Origin: Trichodelitschia bisporula
Taxonomy: Eukaryota
Direction: 5' to 3'
Assembly (NCBI GenBank): GCA_010356995.1
Contig: ML996687.1
Coordinates: 1,303,803 to 1,367,802 of the forward strand
Length of the DNA stretch: 64,000 bases
Shown: positions 37,159 to 49,546 of the stretch, one piece after another
Layout of the letters: every line of letters starts with the position of its first letter
Position numbering within the stretch: the first letter of the stretch is position 1
Position numbers and translations under genes: made by a program
Notes under the pieces: model-generated
What the model saw: only the letters and a program-made list of their open reading frames with translations
Database searches by the model: none
What the model was told of the DNA's origin: nothing

Positions 37159-37928
37159 AGCTCTTTGCGGAGACTAAAATATGTACCACAACAAACCAAC
37201 CATAGGTCTTAGGCAACCACCCACCTACACCTTTTTGATCCCACGGTCGCCGCAGTGAATCGGGCGATGATATTTGAGTAGATTCCCTTTTTTCCGTACA
37301 TTCGAGAAAATTGCTTTTCGTCTCGACTTGCTGCTCCAGCTCCATCAGCGCACACACTCGCCCCAGTGACCAACGCTTTCACAGCACGTCTTCACACCGC
37401 TTCGCTTCCAGCTACAGCCTCGCGCTTGATCAAATCCAACTGCAAATCTACGATACCCATTAACTCCCACTCTCTTCGCGCCCAACTGTACATCCACTGC
37501 ATCACCATCTCACTTCGTGGAAACGTACGATTACCAATTGGACTGATGCTTTCAGACTCCGACCACAAGAGCCCTTGGCAGCCTCGCAAGCCCTGTCGTA
37601 AGAGAGCACACGACATCAGCTCGCGGATCACGTCCATCGCCAACTGAAGCTGCTCATCAATCCCTACGCCCACAATCTCCTCCACCTTCGGCTATGTATA
37701 CCACTAAACAAGCCTCACACAGACACAGAACCCATCAGATAGAATACGCGCAGGACAGACTTCATTAAACACGTAGAATCATCTCGTCTACCCATCCACC
37801 ACACCTTATGTCCGGAGAACAGACATCATTACACGTGTAGAATCCTCATTTACCCCCCGACCCCTCAAACACCAAAACACCAACGCAAAGCCCACGTTAC
37901 AAGGGGTATAAACGCATCCATCAGTCCA

Positions 37929-40768
37929 TCACCCACCAAACCCAACCTGCACCCCCCAGCCCCAAATCTCAACCGCAACATTCGCCAGCGTACTCACACT
38001 CCACAACCCTATAAGTCCCCACGCAACAACCCGATCCATCTTCCACCGTCTCAACGGCACAACCACAAGCAAACCAACCAACGTAACAAGCAACGTAGCC
38101 CCACTAACCATCAAACTCCTCTCCACCTCCACCTCAAAAGGCCTCGTCCCCCTCCTGCCATCCCCCAACGTAGCCCACAACCCACTCAACCCAATCCCCA
38201 AAAGAATATTCAACATCGGCCCCCCAAAACACGCACTAAGCGCCATAACCGGGTACCCGAGCTTCGCAACCGTAACATCAGCCACCAAATCGCCCAAACT
38301 ATTCCCGACCGCAAAAATCGTCAGTCCAAGAATCGCATCACTTATCCCGAGCACCACGCCAATCGCCTTCAACACCCCCACGACCTCATTCGCAATACTC
38401 GATATCCACGCAATGCCGACCAGGAACCCCACAAAGGATAGGAAAACGCGCCACTTGGGGGCGCGGTCCCGCGCGCTGAAGGCGAAGACCAGGAACACGA
38501 GCAGCACGGACAAGCCGATTGCGGCTAGCACCGGAACGGTGAAGTTATCGTCCGCGCCCATAGCCGCCCAAGCAGCTAAAACCACGAATAGCGGCGCGGT
38601 GAATGCCTGCAGGGCGACGAGCCAGCGGGCCCAGTCGCCGCCTCCGCGGACCGGCATCTGCTCTGGCGAATCGCACATCACCTGCGCGTCGGGTTCGAGG
38701 ATGGTAGGCGTCTCGTGGGCGATGGCAATGGCTGCATCGGCGGGTACTACGAGGTGGGAGTGTTTCCGCACGGTGCTGGGCCGCACCGGCGTATCCGTGT
38801 AACTTGCGGGGAGGCTCATGGGGGGCACATCGTCGTCGTGCGCGCCCGGTCGGTCGGTTTCGACGACGGGAAGCGTGATGGTGAGGAGGAAGACGGAGGG
38901 CGCGGCGATGGTGCCGAGGAAGCGCTCCCAGTGGGACATGGTGGGCCAGTTGTACAGGGTAGGGAAGAGGGTTGCTAGAAGTGTTTCTTTGGGCGGGAGC
39001 CAGCTGGGCGTGGGGAGAGTGGTGTGCCATGTTGGAGTACGGGAAGGGGTCGGTGTGGCGGCTCGCTCGGGGAGGTTGGCAACACTGGTTAGCGGGGAGG
39101 GGTCGTCGGTGTAGGCGGGGAAGGGGGAGAGATCACGCGAGCCGCTGGAGCCGACGGTGCTTGTGCGGCGGGGGCGGGGAGGACGGGCGAATGGGTCGGG
39201 GGGAGCGAGGAGGGAGGGCGAAGGAGGGGCGCGGTCGGGCGCGGGGCTTGGAGCGCGCGAGCCTTGCGCTGATGCAGGGGGAGAGAGAGAGATGCTTGGG
39301 GAGACGGGGCGTAAGCCGCCTGTGGTGGGAGGGGGAGATGGACTTGCAGAAGCATTGTCCTCTGGCAGCGGGGCGAGGAGATCGATCTTCGGAACGCCGT
39401 CGCGCATGTTATGCTCTTGGGCAAGTGCGTCGACGGCACTGGCGGATATCGCACGACTACGGCTTTGCGGAGACGGGGTCGGTTGATCTTGGTGGAGAAC
39501 ATCGTAGGCACGTGAGTGTGGCTCCGATAGGATCGACATGCGGTCCTGATCACGGAGCTCCTCGGAGTAGCGGCGAAGGTGCAACGGAATGGACTGCAGG
39601 TTCTGCGACTTGTTCAGACCCATCAAGACGGAGCGAAACTCTAGAGCGCCCACGAGACTGGGCCGGATTGGCGTTTGGGTAAGGCGTCGCTCTCCTAGGC
39701 GTGGTCGGCTAAGCCGCATGTTGCTGCTGATTTCACCAACGAGGCGTCGGCCACGATCCTCTGCATCCTCTTCGTCGTCATCACCACCCTCAGAGCTTAG
39801 CAGTGCGAGTTCCTCGTCGATGTTGAACGACCGCTGGCCCCGTGGCTCATCTTCATCGTGGTACTCCTCGACGGATTCCGTGTCTGCATCATTGGGCAAG
39901 ACAAACTGCTGTCGCGCGGCAGCCAGTGTCTGTCGCCGCGTCCTGCGCCTTGTAAAGAACCAGTGCCACACAACGACGAAGGCGACGTAAAAGACATAAA
40001 GTCCGACCATGGCAGCTGCTTCCCACCAGTATAGCTTGCCGTCATAGAGGAAGTAGAGCGACAGAGTCGCCGCGACGATGAAGAAGGCGACGTCTCGCAC
40101 GAAGCTCCTGCGCGAGACCTTGAAGGGCCGTACAAAGGCCATACTGCCGGCAACAACGGCCGTGATGAAGCTCGCCGCACCAATCAACTCGCCGACAGCC
40201 AGGCTGCCGCTATTGGAGCCCATGGCGGCAAAGGTAGAAAAGACGTCCGGACTGCCATTGCCAAACGCCAGGAACGTAACGCCAGCCAGATTATCGCTCA
40301 GCCCGAGAAGTGTAGCAATGGTGCTTAGGTTGACGCAAAAGAAGTCGCTCGCCGCAATTCCAATTGTGCTGAACAGGAGACTAAGCCATAGGATGATGAT
40401 GGTGAAGGCAATGGGTTGCGCCTTCGGCATGGTGCAGTAATAGAGTCGTAGGTATGAAAAGATGCCGGCATCCTCGTCGATGCAGTGGCGCTTGACAAAG
40501 GCGCATTTATCGCGTGCGCTGTGCACCAGGCGGCACTGATTTTGGGTGTCAGTAGGTGGCCCTGGTGGGTTTGGGACAAGAAGGGCAAGCGTACCTCGGC
40601 GCGTTCGGTGACGACATCCGAACGGCGCGCCAGTGGGGAGTGGTCCGGGGAGTAACTGGCATCGCGCACGAAGCTGAAGGCGGTGATGGCGCAGAGGACC
40701 AGAAAAGCTACTATGAAGCGACGCGCCGCATATGGCTTGCGTCGAGGGTTCATGATGATGAGGGGCAT
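37929..40768 (-). CDS. Cation/Ca2+ exchanger (Na_Ca_ex, ECM27/CCX-like)
   Basis: Alpha-1 repeat AGVTFLAFGNGSPDVFS and alpha-2 repeat LGLTIFAVGNSLGDLVAD..GGPMLN. Intron 40536..40594. The start could be 40768 or 40753. Confidence 0.92.
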
Positions 40769-41289
40769 TGGGTGGGGGAAGGCGCGTGCCGAACCGTAAG
40801 CATGTTTCGGGAGGTTAGGTTGCGGTGGAGGGTTAGGGGCAATTGGGCGGTATCGTGAATCTTTTAGCGATAGGAAAAAGTTGGAGATGATGTGACTGCG
40901 AGGTGGGAGTAAAGTTGGTTCAGGCCAAGTCACCGTCGGACAGCTGGTTGGGTGATCGGGAGAGCGAGGACGGGAGACAGGGAAGTGCCACACGAGACGT
41001 CAGCGATTTGACTGCGCCACACTTCACATGCCCGTCTCGCCACTACTGCTGCCTTAGGCCAAATGACAAAAGTGGCTTGAAGCCTAAGGGGAATATCCCG
41101 ATTGGGACGGGAGAGAAAGTACAGCTGAGAGGCGTACAGTCTAGTCTGTCCTCATCATCGGCCTGTACAACCTCACGCCTAAATCTCACCCCCCTACTCT
41201 GTCCTTTTTGCACTCACTCTCTTTTCCTGTACTTCCTCTTCTGCTCGTTCTCCTCTTCATGCACCTCTCTTTCCCTCACCCCTCAAATC

Positions 41290-42628
41290 ATGGATGGCGA
41301 TCCTGCGGTTGAGCCGGAGCTCGACTCCTTCACCCTCTTTCTCCCCCTGCCGTATCGCGTCGCGCTCATCATCGTGCTAGGTAAGCAGTCGCGTGCCTCA
41401 TTCTTCGGGATCTTAGCTAACGAACTTAGGCGTGTGGGCCTGGGGCGCGAACCTCCACTACCTCCACCTCATTAAGATCGTACGTCTACCCTACTGCCAT
41501 CACCCCCCCTAACAACAACAGGACGTCCCAGCCCTCATCCGCTACCCACCACGCTCATCCACCACCCAACCAACGCACTACCTCTCCTGCTACCGCCTCG
41601 CAACCATCCTCTCCATCCCCCTCGGATGCTCCCTCCTCCTCTTCTGGGCCATAACCCAAGGCCACGCACAGTCCGTCCTCGAATGGGAACTCCTCCCCAA
41701 CATCTACCTCCTCTTCCTCGTCCTCGCCTTCGCCCTCCCCTTCTCCGTCGCCTCCTCCTCGGGCCGCACCCGCTTCCTCACAACCCTGAAACGCATCAGC
41801 GTCGGCGGCCTCGCCGAAACACAAGATGGCAAATTCGGCGACATCCTCATGGCTGACGCGCTGACGTCCTACGCGAAGGTCTTGGGCGATCTGTACGTCG
41901 CGATATGCATGTTCTTCTCGCACGGCGTCTCTTCGACGGGAAAGCCTGACCGCACGTGCGGCGCTGCCTTCGCCGTGCCCGTCATACTCGCGATCCCGAG
42001 CGCGATCCGCCTGCGCCAGTGTTTGATTGAGTACGGGCGCGTGCGGCGGGCAGGCGGTCGCGCGGGAGTGCATCTTGCCAACGCTCTGAAATACAGCAGC
42101 GCATTTCCGGTTATAATCCTCAGTGCGCTGCAGCGCGGATACGACGGGCACAAGATGGGCATGAGCGAGGCGGGGCTATTTCGACTATGGCTCTTCTTCG
42201 TCTTCCTCAACTCCGCCTACTCGTTCTACTGGGACGTGGCCAAGGACTGGGATCTCTCGCTCTTCTCGGCGCAGCGGTCCAACCTTGAGCACCCGTGGGG
42301 CCTGCGGCGGCAGCGCTACTTCCACAGCAAGCAGATCTACTACGCCGTTGTAGTGATGGATTTTTTCCTGCGGTGCACATGGAGCATCAAGCTCTCGCCG
42401 CACCTGGACCACTTCAACGATCTAGAAGGGGGCATCTTCCTCATGGAAGCGCTGGAAGTGTTCCGGCGGTGGGTGTGGGTATTTTTGCGCGTGGAGACGG
42501 AATGGGGTAAGTCCCAAGTCCCTTCCACTCTTCTCTTAGACGGTTACTTATTTACAGTGCGCAACACGCGCGGCCCAATGCCGGACGATATTCTACTCGG
42601 CGAATTTCCCAAGTTCGATGAAGATTGA
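41290..42628 (+). CDS. ERD1: ERD1 / EXS-family protein (4 exons)
   Basis: MDGDPAVEPELD..LPLPYRVA, GVWAWGANLHYL, KFGDILMADALTSYAK, HLANALKY, YSFYWDV.KDW and EVFRRWVWVFLRVETEW. Introns at ~41381-41429, 41480-41521 and 42507-42557. Confidence 0.92.
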
Positions 42629-42641
42629 ACAACCCTGCCTT

Positions 42642-43428
42642 TCATGAGGAGGGTGCTGTGTTTTGACCTTCCCGCGCCGCCCACAGCGCTTCAATCGCCA
42701 GCCGCGTCCCCTCGACGATAGCCTCGTGCTCGACGTCGTGGATCCGATCTTCCAGCACTGCGATGTTATCGTCGTCGGGATGTGAGAGCGGGATAGCGAC
42801 TTGGAGGATGGGCTCGCCCATGTCGACCTCAGAAATGACCTTCTGACCGTCAGCAGACCGAAACCACGAATCTACATGTAAAATATAGCATAGACGGCGC
42901 CGGATCTGGGTTTGATAGATGGATAGACAGGAAGGGGAGGCGTACGTAATGTATCATAACGCCTGTTCGTTGTATTTCTCCAGCCATGAACGCCGCATGT
43001 GCGCGCTCGATCGCATGCGCACCATTGAATTCCCCCCTCAGCGCGGGGTGTAAGTTTATAATCCGCACGCCGGCCTCTTCCAGCGGGCGGAGGAAGGCGG
43101 GGGACAGGATGTGCATGAACCCCGCGCAGACGACTAGATCTGGCGAGTCGGCTAGGACTAGGCTGGCTAGGTCCGCGTCGTAGGCTTCGCGTGCTGCGCT
43201 CTCTGGGGTGAGGCGTTTTTTATAGCTTGCGAGGTTGTGATAGGCGGATGGGATTCCGGCGTCGGAGGCCCGGGTCAGCCCGTAGGCGGCTTTGCGGTTG
43301 GAGATTACGCGGACGATGGAGGTGGGGTGCGTGGAGGACAATGTGGGTTGGGCGGTGATGAGGGCGGCGAGGTTGGTTCCGCTTCCTGAGATTAGGACTG
43401 TGAGGCGGGCCGGGGTGGTAGGGGACAT
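42642..43428 (-). CDS. ADE8: Phosphoribosylglycinamide (GAR) formyltransferase
   Basis: VLISGSGTNL, VISNRKAAYGL, AGFMHIL, INLHPAL, TGVMIHY|VISEVDMGEP..RIHDVEH. Intron 42840..42945; stop at 42642-42644. Confidence 0.95.
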
Positions 43429-44072
43429 GGCGGAGGCGGAGGATGGTTTGGGAGGGTGCTGAGATGAAAAGTGTGAGTTCGGTGGAGGAATTGTGTTTCT
43501 CGTGGTGGAACTCGATATTAGTCCCCCGCAGTCGGCGCGAGATTTTGGTGTCGACGTGATAGGGCTACGTTAACTTGTTCGTGGCTGAAGTGGCTGAGGC
43601 CGGGGGGGGGGAGGGTGGCATTGGTGGGGCAAGAGCAACCTAAGGAAATGATGACTTGTACCGTGATAGTCACTGCCTCTTACTCAGCAAAGGCCCTGGT
43701 TGGAGACGGTAACAACTTCCTGGAAGGATGCCATCACTTTATTTGGATAGGCCCTCGAGGGACGCGTTGACGTTGCTTGATAATGGAGAGCTTGGAGGTA
43801 AAGCAAGCGAGCTCACAACCTGACCACACGACACTGCTAGATTGGAGAACTGAAGATAGAAAAGGACTACACGCGGCAAGGCTTCAGCTGTGTACGCAAC
43901 TCGTCATCACCGCCCGCCACCGTGACGATCGCCGCCGCGTAACGCATCTGCCTGCCGTCTCAACATCGCGCTTACCGTACCCGTCACTGGTAGCAGAAGA
44001 TACACAAAGCCATGTCCGCGGACCTCAAGCTCTCTCTCTCTTAAACAGCACAAGCACTGCCAACTCGCCACC

Positions 44073-47000
44073 ATGGCTTCCGAACCGAAAGAGGAAGCCG
44101 AACTCAACCTCATCGGCAATGTCGAATACAAGATCGCCGTCGCCAACACCGATACCAAGCTCACTGCCCTCCTAGACAAATTCCTCGCTCCTCTGCTCCT
44201 CAAACTCAACTCTCCGCACTTTGCCGTCCGCAGCAAGGTCCTGGCCGTCTGCCAGCACATCACCGTCCGCGCCCAGAGCCCGGACGTCAAGCTCCCTGTC
44301 GCCAAGCTATGGGTTCAGTTCAAAGCTCACCCACAGGCCGCCCTCCTGCGTACCGTGGACTTCGGCTACGTGGTCAAAGGGTTCTCACGTCTCGGCCCCG
44401 GAGAGAGGGGCGCGTTGCTCGGTGAGCTACTCCGCGGCATCGGCGCAGTCGAGGACAAGTACCGCGCGCAGGTGTTCAACCTCGCCCTGCACGCCTTGCA
44501 CGACTTTAAGTTCCCGCGAGCGGGCACTCCGGAATGGGAGGAAGTCAAAACGGACTTGGCTCTTGAAGAGTCGGATTTGGACTGGCTGTGTGCCGCTTTT
44601 CGGAGGCTGTTGCAGCTTCCCGCCGTGCAACGTGGCGGACCCGTGTCAGTTAATGGGCTGACGGTTGAGGAGATCAAGGGCCTCACTCTTGGGAAGCCTG
44701 AGACGTGGGATCCGTCAGCCGGTGGGCTGCCACTTGTGCGGACGAAGGTGGTCGTATGCGTTTTCTTGGGCTCTGCCCTCTTTGCGGGCTTTCAGGGCCG
44801 GTTCTTCCCTGCGCTGGTGGCGGCGACGGATGGAAATGCAGAAGTGGCGGAGAAGGGGAGCGAGATCTTGAAGAAAGGAGTTGATGTCACCGGACTTGAG
44901 GCAGAAGCGGTGGTTAAGGGGATGCTGGACATGTACATTGGCAGGTATGTGCTTAGTCCCTTTGGCTACTGAGACAGGCGCTGACTTCCAGTCCTCCCGA
45001 TCGACCACCAGTCAACATCAACATTCGCATCAAGATCCTCTCTTATCTTACTCGCCTTGAAACCAGTACCCGCTTCCCGAATGAATTTACGCACATCATC
45101 TCCGAAGCCCTTACCCCAATTCAGACGCCTACGCCGCGCACCAAGGCCCTCCAAACCGCCATATTCCTCTTTGCTTCCTTCTTCCTGACCCGAGCACCCC
45201 CTTCCACCGTCAAGGACATTGCCCCACCTCTCCTCAACCGCGCCTCCGAGACCCTCAGCGCACAAGGCTGGCCCAAACCCGCACCGGGTACGGATCCAAT
45301 CCTGCGCCGCAACGCCTACCAGCTCATCGGCATTACCGTCAAAGCCGGTCAAGAAGCCGACCTCGACCTGCTCGAGTACCTCTTCCACTCGTTGCGCGAA
45401 GATGCCAGCGATGCGGAGACGAGCGCCACGATCCAGGACGCCTTGTCAAACATGCTCGGTACGTTTGTAAACAAGGCAACCCACGAGGAGGGGGGTATGC
45501 CCGGCCTCGCAGAGATGCTTCTACAGAAGATGGCCTTCCCGGATCAGATACCGGAAATGAATTTCAATACCGTGGAGACTGCACGCAACCAGCCCGGCCG
45601 CCGCAGCACACGCTACCTCGCCGTCCGCTACGCGAACCGCTGCCTGCCCTACGCCGACCCCATCGCACGGCTGATCAACCTCTACGCCGTGGGCGGCCGA
45701 TCAGACGAAGGGCAGGAAGTCGCCGAGGAAGGCCGTAATGGGCTCGATGCCTATTGGTTCCGGCTCCAGAACTCGGAAAGCCCTGTGCTGTGGCGCGGCG
45801 AGGATCGGAAAGTGGTATGGCCATCATTCGAGTCCGTCTTTCAGTGCGTATTCCCCCTAGTGACGGGAGAGAAGCCCGACAAGGAGGCCGTGCTCGCATC
45901 GCTTGAGCGGTTTGCTAAACGGGCCCCGAAAGCACTCGAACCGGCCTTGCGGTATCTGCGACTCATTTTTGTGCAGGCGGCGCTTGAGTCGGCAGGAATC
46001 AAGTTTGAACTTGGCCCTGAGTGGAGTCGAAAGGTGGATGCTGCGATGACGACCGATGTCGACGCCCGTGATGCCGTCCGTGCATATATTCGCTCCTTGC
46101 CGGATATCGTTTCTCGCACGTTTGCCAAGTTCCTTGCTGTGACCTTCGAGTACACGCCCGTGCTGGACGTGTTCCTTGAGTTGGCGAGCTTATGTCCACA
46201 CAATTTGCAGCATTCGTATGGAGATCGCGGGTCGTACCGATTCTTAGTCGCCAACCTAGGTGCAATGAAGGAAGAGACGAGGAGAACTGCGGCGAGGGCA
46301 TTTGGGATTCTCATGCCATACGCGGAGTCTCTGGAGAGCGAGCATATCGCTGTATTGAGGCGCTTAATAAAGGAGGTTGAAGGGTGGAAGGAGGCGCGCG
46401 GACAAGGCGTTCACAGGGTTGAGGGCGCCATGTTGGCGGTTGCTTCAGCGTGCGCCAGACTAGCAGCCGCGAACTGCTTGCCGCAAAATGAGCTCATGAG
46501 GCTGCATACCGTGATATCCCAGATTCTAGCGGAGTCAACGGACTCCACACTCAGACAGGGCGTGTATGCTTCTGTGGAGCAGCTGGGCGCGTGGAAGGTT
46601 TACGATGGCCTGTCGGGTCCGCCTGTCGTAAGTCTGCTTTTCCCACAACAGATCAAGCTAACAGCCTAGGACGTTCCGAAGATTCGCTTCCTCGTCACCG
46701 AGCTCGCCACTTCGGCCGCAGCGGGTAACGAGAAGGCCATCACCGCCCTCGGCCGTCTGGCCGTCTCGCTCCGGGAAACTCCGGGCGAAGAACTCATCCT
46801 CATCGACGAAAAGCTCTACGACTTCCACAACATCCGGCAGACAGAGACGCATTTCGCTGTCGGTGAGGCCCTCTGCTGCCTTGTTGCCGGCTGGGAATGT
46901 GCGCCGGTGCGTGTGCAATTCGATATCGATACTGTCATGCCGACATCCTCCGACCAGCCAGAGCTCCTGGAGCGCGTGTTGAAGCGCACGGTGAAAGATT

Positions 47001-49546
47001 GCGCCGCATCCAAGCCCACTCTGCGCAAAGCCTCCGTCATCTGGCTACTCTGCCTCGTGCAGTTCTGTGGCCACATGCCGCTTGTGCAGGCCGCGCTGCC
47101 CTTGTGTCATCGCGCTTTCAAGCGTTGCCTTACCGACCGTGATGAGCTTGTTCAAGAGGCGGCATCGCGTGGCCTTGGGTTGGTGTATGAGCACGGTGGG
47201 GCAGACACGAAGGACGAGCTTGTGCGCGATCTGGTCGCGTCGTTTGCGGATAATAAACCTTCGATGGCCGGGACCGTGACCGAGGACACGGAACTGTTCG
47301 ATGCGGGCGCGTTGCCTACCGGTGAGGGGTCTGTCACCACGTACAAGGATGTGCTCAGCCTGGCGAGCGAGGTCGGTGACTCCAGCCTCGTGTACCGCTT
47401 CATGGCACTGGCGGCGAATAACGCTATCTGGACGAGCCGTGCCGCTTTCGGGCGCTTCGGCCTGAGTAGCGTGTTTTCCGACTCTGGGTACCTGGAGCAA
47501 AATCCGAAGTTGTACCCGAAGCTGTACCGCTACCGCTTCGACCCGAATCCGAATGTGCGCCGCTCGATGAACGATATCTGGAATGCGCTGGTCAAGGATA
47601 AGGATGCGGTTGACAAGCATTTTGATACCATCATCCTGGATCTGCTGGATAACATTCTTGCTCGCGAGTGGCGCGTCCGCGAGGCCTGCTGCGCTGCGCT
47701 CGCTGACCTTATTCAGGGGCAGCGGTTCGAGAAGTACGAGAAGTATATCGAGCGGGTGTGGGCGGCAGACTTCAAGGTGCTTGACGACGTCAAGGGGACG
47801 GTCCGGACGGCCGCAGAAGGGCTCGCCCGCGTACTAACGGGCGTGCTAACCCGCGCCCTGGAAGCCGGGCAATCGAACGCCAAAAGCTCAAAGGCAATGC
47901 TGGAGCTTGTCCTCCCCTTCCTGCTCAGCAGTAGCGGAATTGAAAACGCCGCTAAAGAAGTTCAAGCCCTCTCCCTCCGCACCCTCCTCAAAATCATCAA
48001 AACCGCGCACCCCGCCCTCCTCTCCCCACACGCTGCCTTCCTCCTCGGCCGCCTCCTAACACTCCAATCCCTCTTCGAACCCGAAGTCGCAAACTACATC
48101 CGCCTCAACGCCGCACGCTACAAAGTCAGCACCACAGACATCGACGCCGCGCGCTCAACCGCCGTGACGCAAAACCCGCTCTCCGAAGCCCTCGAACGCA
48201 TCCTCGACGTCCTCGACGAGGACTCCTTCCCGCCCGCTCTGGCCGCTATAGAAAGCACACTCAAATCCGCCCTCGACCTTCCCCCCAAAATTGCTACAGC
48301 CCGCGTTCTCGTGTCCCTCGCTACCCGCCGGCCCCTCGTCTTCAAGCCTCATGCTGATCGCGCACTCCGCGCTCTGCAGCGCTATCTTCTTGATAGGAAT
48401 GATACTGTTGCCGCGGCGTATGCGAATGCGGCGGGGTATGTTGCGCGCGGCGCGAGCGACGCGGCGGTGTTGAGACTCGTGGCTTATGCAAAGGATGTGT
48501 ATCTCACGAAGGAGGAGGCACGCGAGCGCGCGGCGGCTGCGGATGTGATTCGTGGTTTGACGAAGCACGCTCCCGAGCGTACGACTGCGCTCGCGGCTTC
48601 TATTCTGCCGCTTGCGTTTGTGGGCGCGCGCGACGGGGACCAGGATGTCGCAGGATTATTTGAGGAGGCGTGGGAGGGGAGTGTAGGCGGTAAGGGCGCG
48701 GTCGCACTGTATTTGGATGAGATTCTCGGCGTCGTGGATCCCATGCTGGGGAATCGGAGATGGGATATTGCCCGCACGGCGGCAAAAGCTGTGGCGGGCG
48801 TCGTCGAGAGTCTTGGTGCCGGTGTCACGGGGATTGGAGAAAGGGAGGGGGAGAAGGTTTGGCCACTGCTTGTCCGTGCGGTGGAGGGGCGCGTGTGGGA
48901 GGGGAAGGAGGTAGTGTTTGAGGCTGTGGCGGTGTGGGTTGAGAAGGGGAAGTCGGCGGAGAGGCATGCGGATGAGGTGTGGAAAATTGTGTGCCGCGAG
49001 GCGGGGCGGACTAAGCGCCCGTATCTTGCGAGGGCGGTGCCGGTGCTTGGGCGTGTGGCGGTTAAGTTGCCGGGCCCTGGGGTGGGGGCGAGGGTGGTTG
49101 GTGTTGTTAACCCGCTTGTTGAAGGCTTGCTGGAAGACGATGGGGAGCGGATGGAGATTGATGGTGAAGAGGGGGGAAGGAAGGGCGAGGAGCTGAGGGA
49201 GAGGATATTGGCTGCGGCGATGGTGGCTCTGGGCCGGGCAGTGCATTTTGAAGCCGATGGGGTGGAGACTGTGGGTGTGTTGCTGGATCTGGCGGAGGGG
49301 GTTATGAAGGATCCGACGCCTGTTGTTGCGGTGGGGGTTTGGTCTGCGCTTAAGGAGGTAGGGGGGAAGGTTAAAGCGCATGAGGGCGCGGTGGAGAAGT
49401 TGGGTGGGAAGGAGGGCTTAGGAGGTAGGTTGAGGGGCTTGCTGGTGAGGGAGGTGTTTGGGACGTGGGCTGAGGGGGTGAGGAGTGCCAGGGAGGGCGC
49501 GGCGGGGGTTTGGAGGGGGGTTGGGGGGTTGGAGGGGGTGCTTTAG
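44073..49546 (+). CDS. ECM29: Proteasome-associated HEAT-repeat adaptor Ecm29
   Basis: ELNLIGNVEYKIAVA..KFLAPLLLKL, TYKDVLSLASEVGDSSLVYRFM, RAAFGRFG, PKLYRYRFDPN and EWRVREACC. Introns 44945..44991 and 46628..46669. Confidence 0.95.

Noticed and set aside
43614..43622. Yeast-type PACE element upstream of ECM29
   Set aside because: It reads GGTGGCATT rather than GGTGGCAAA, lies in a G-rich tract and is closer to ADE8.
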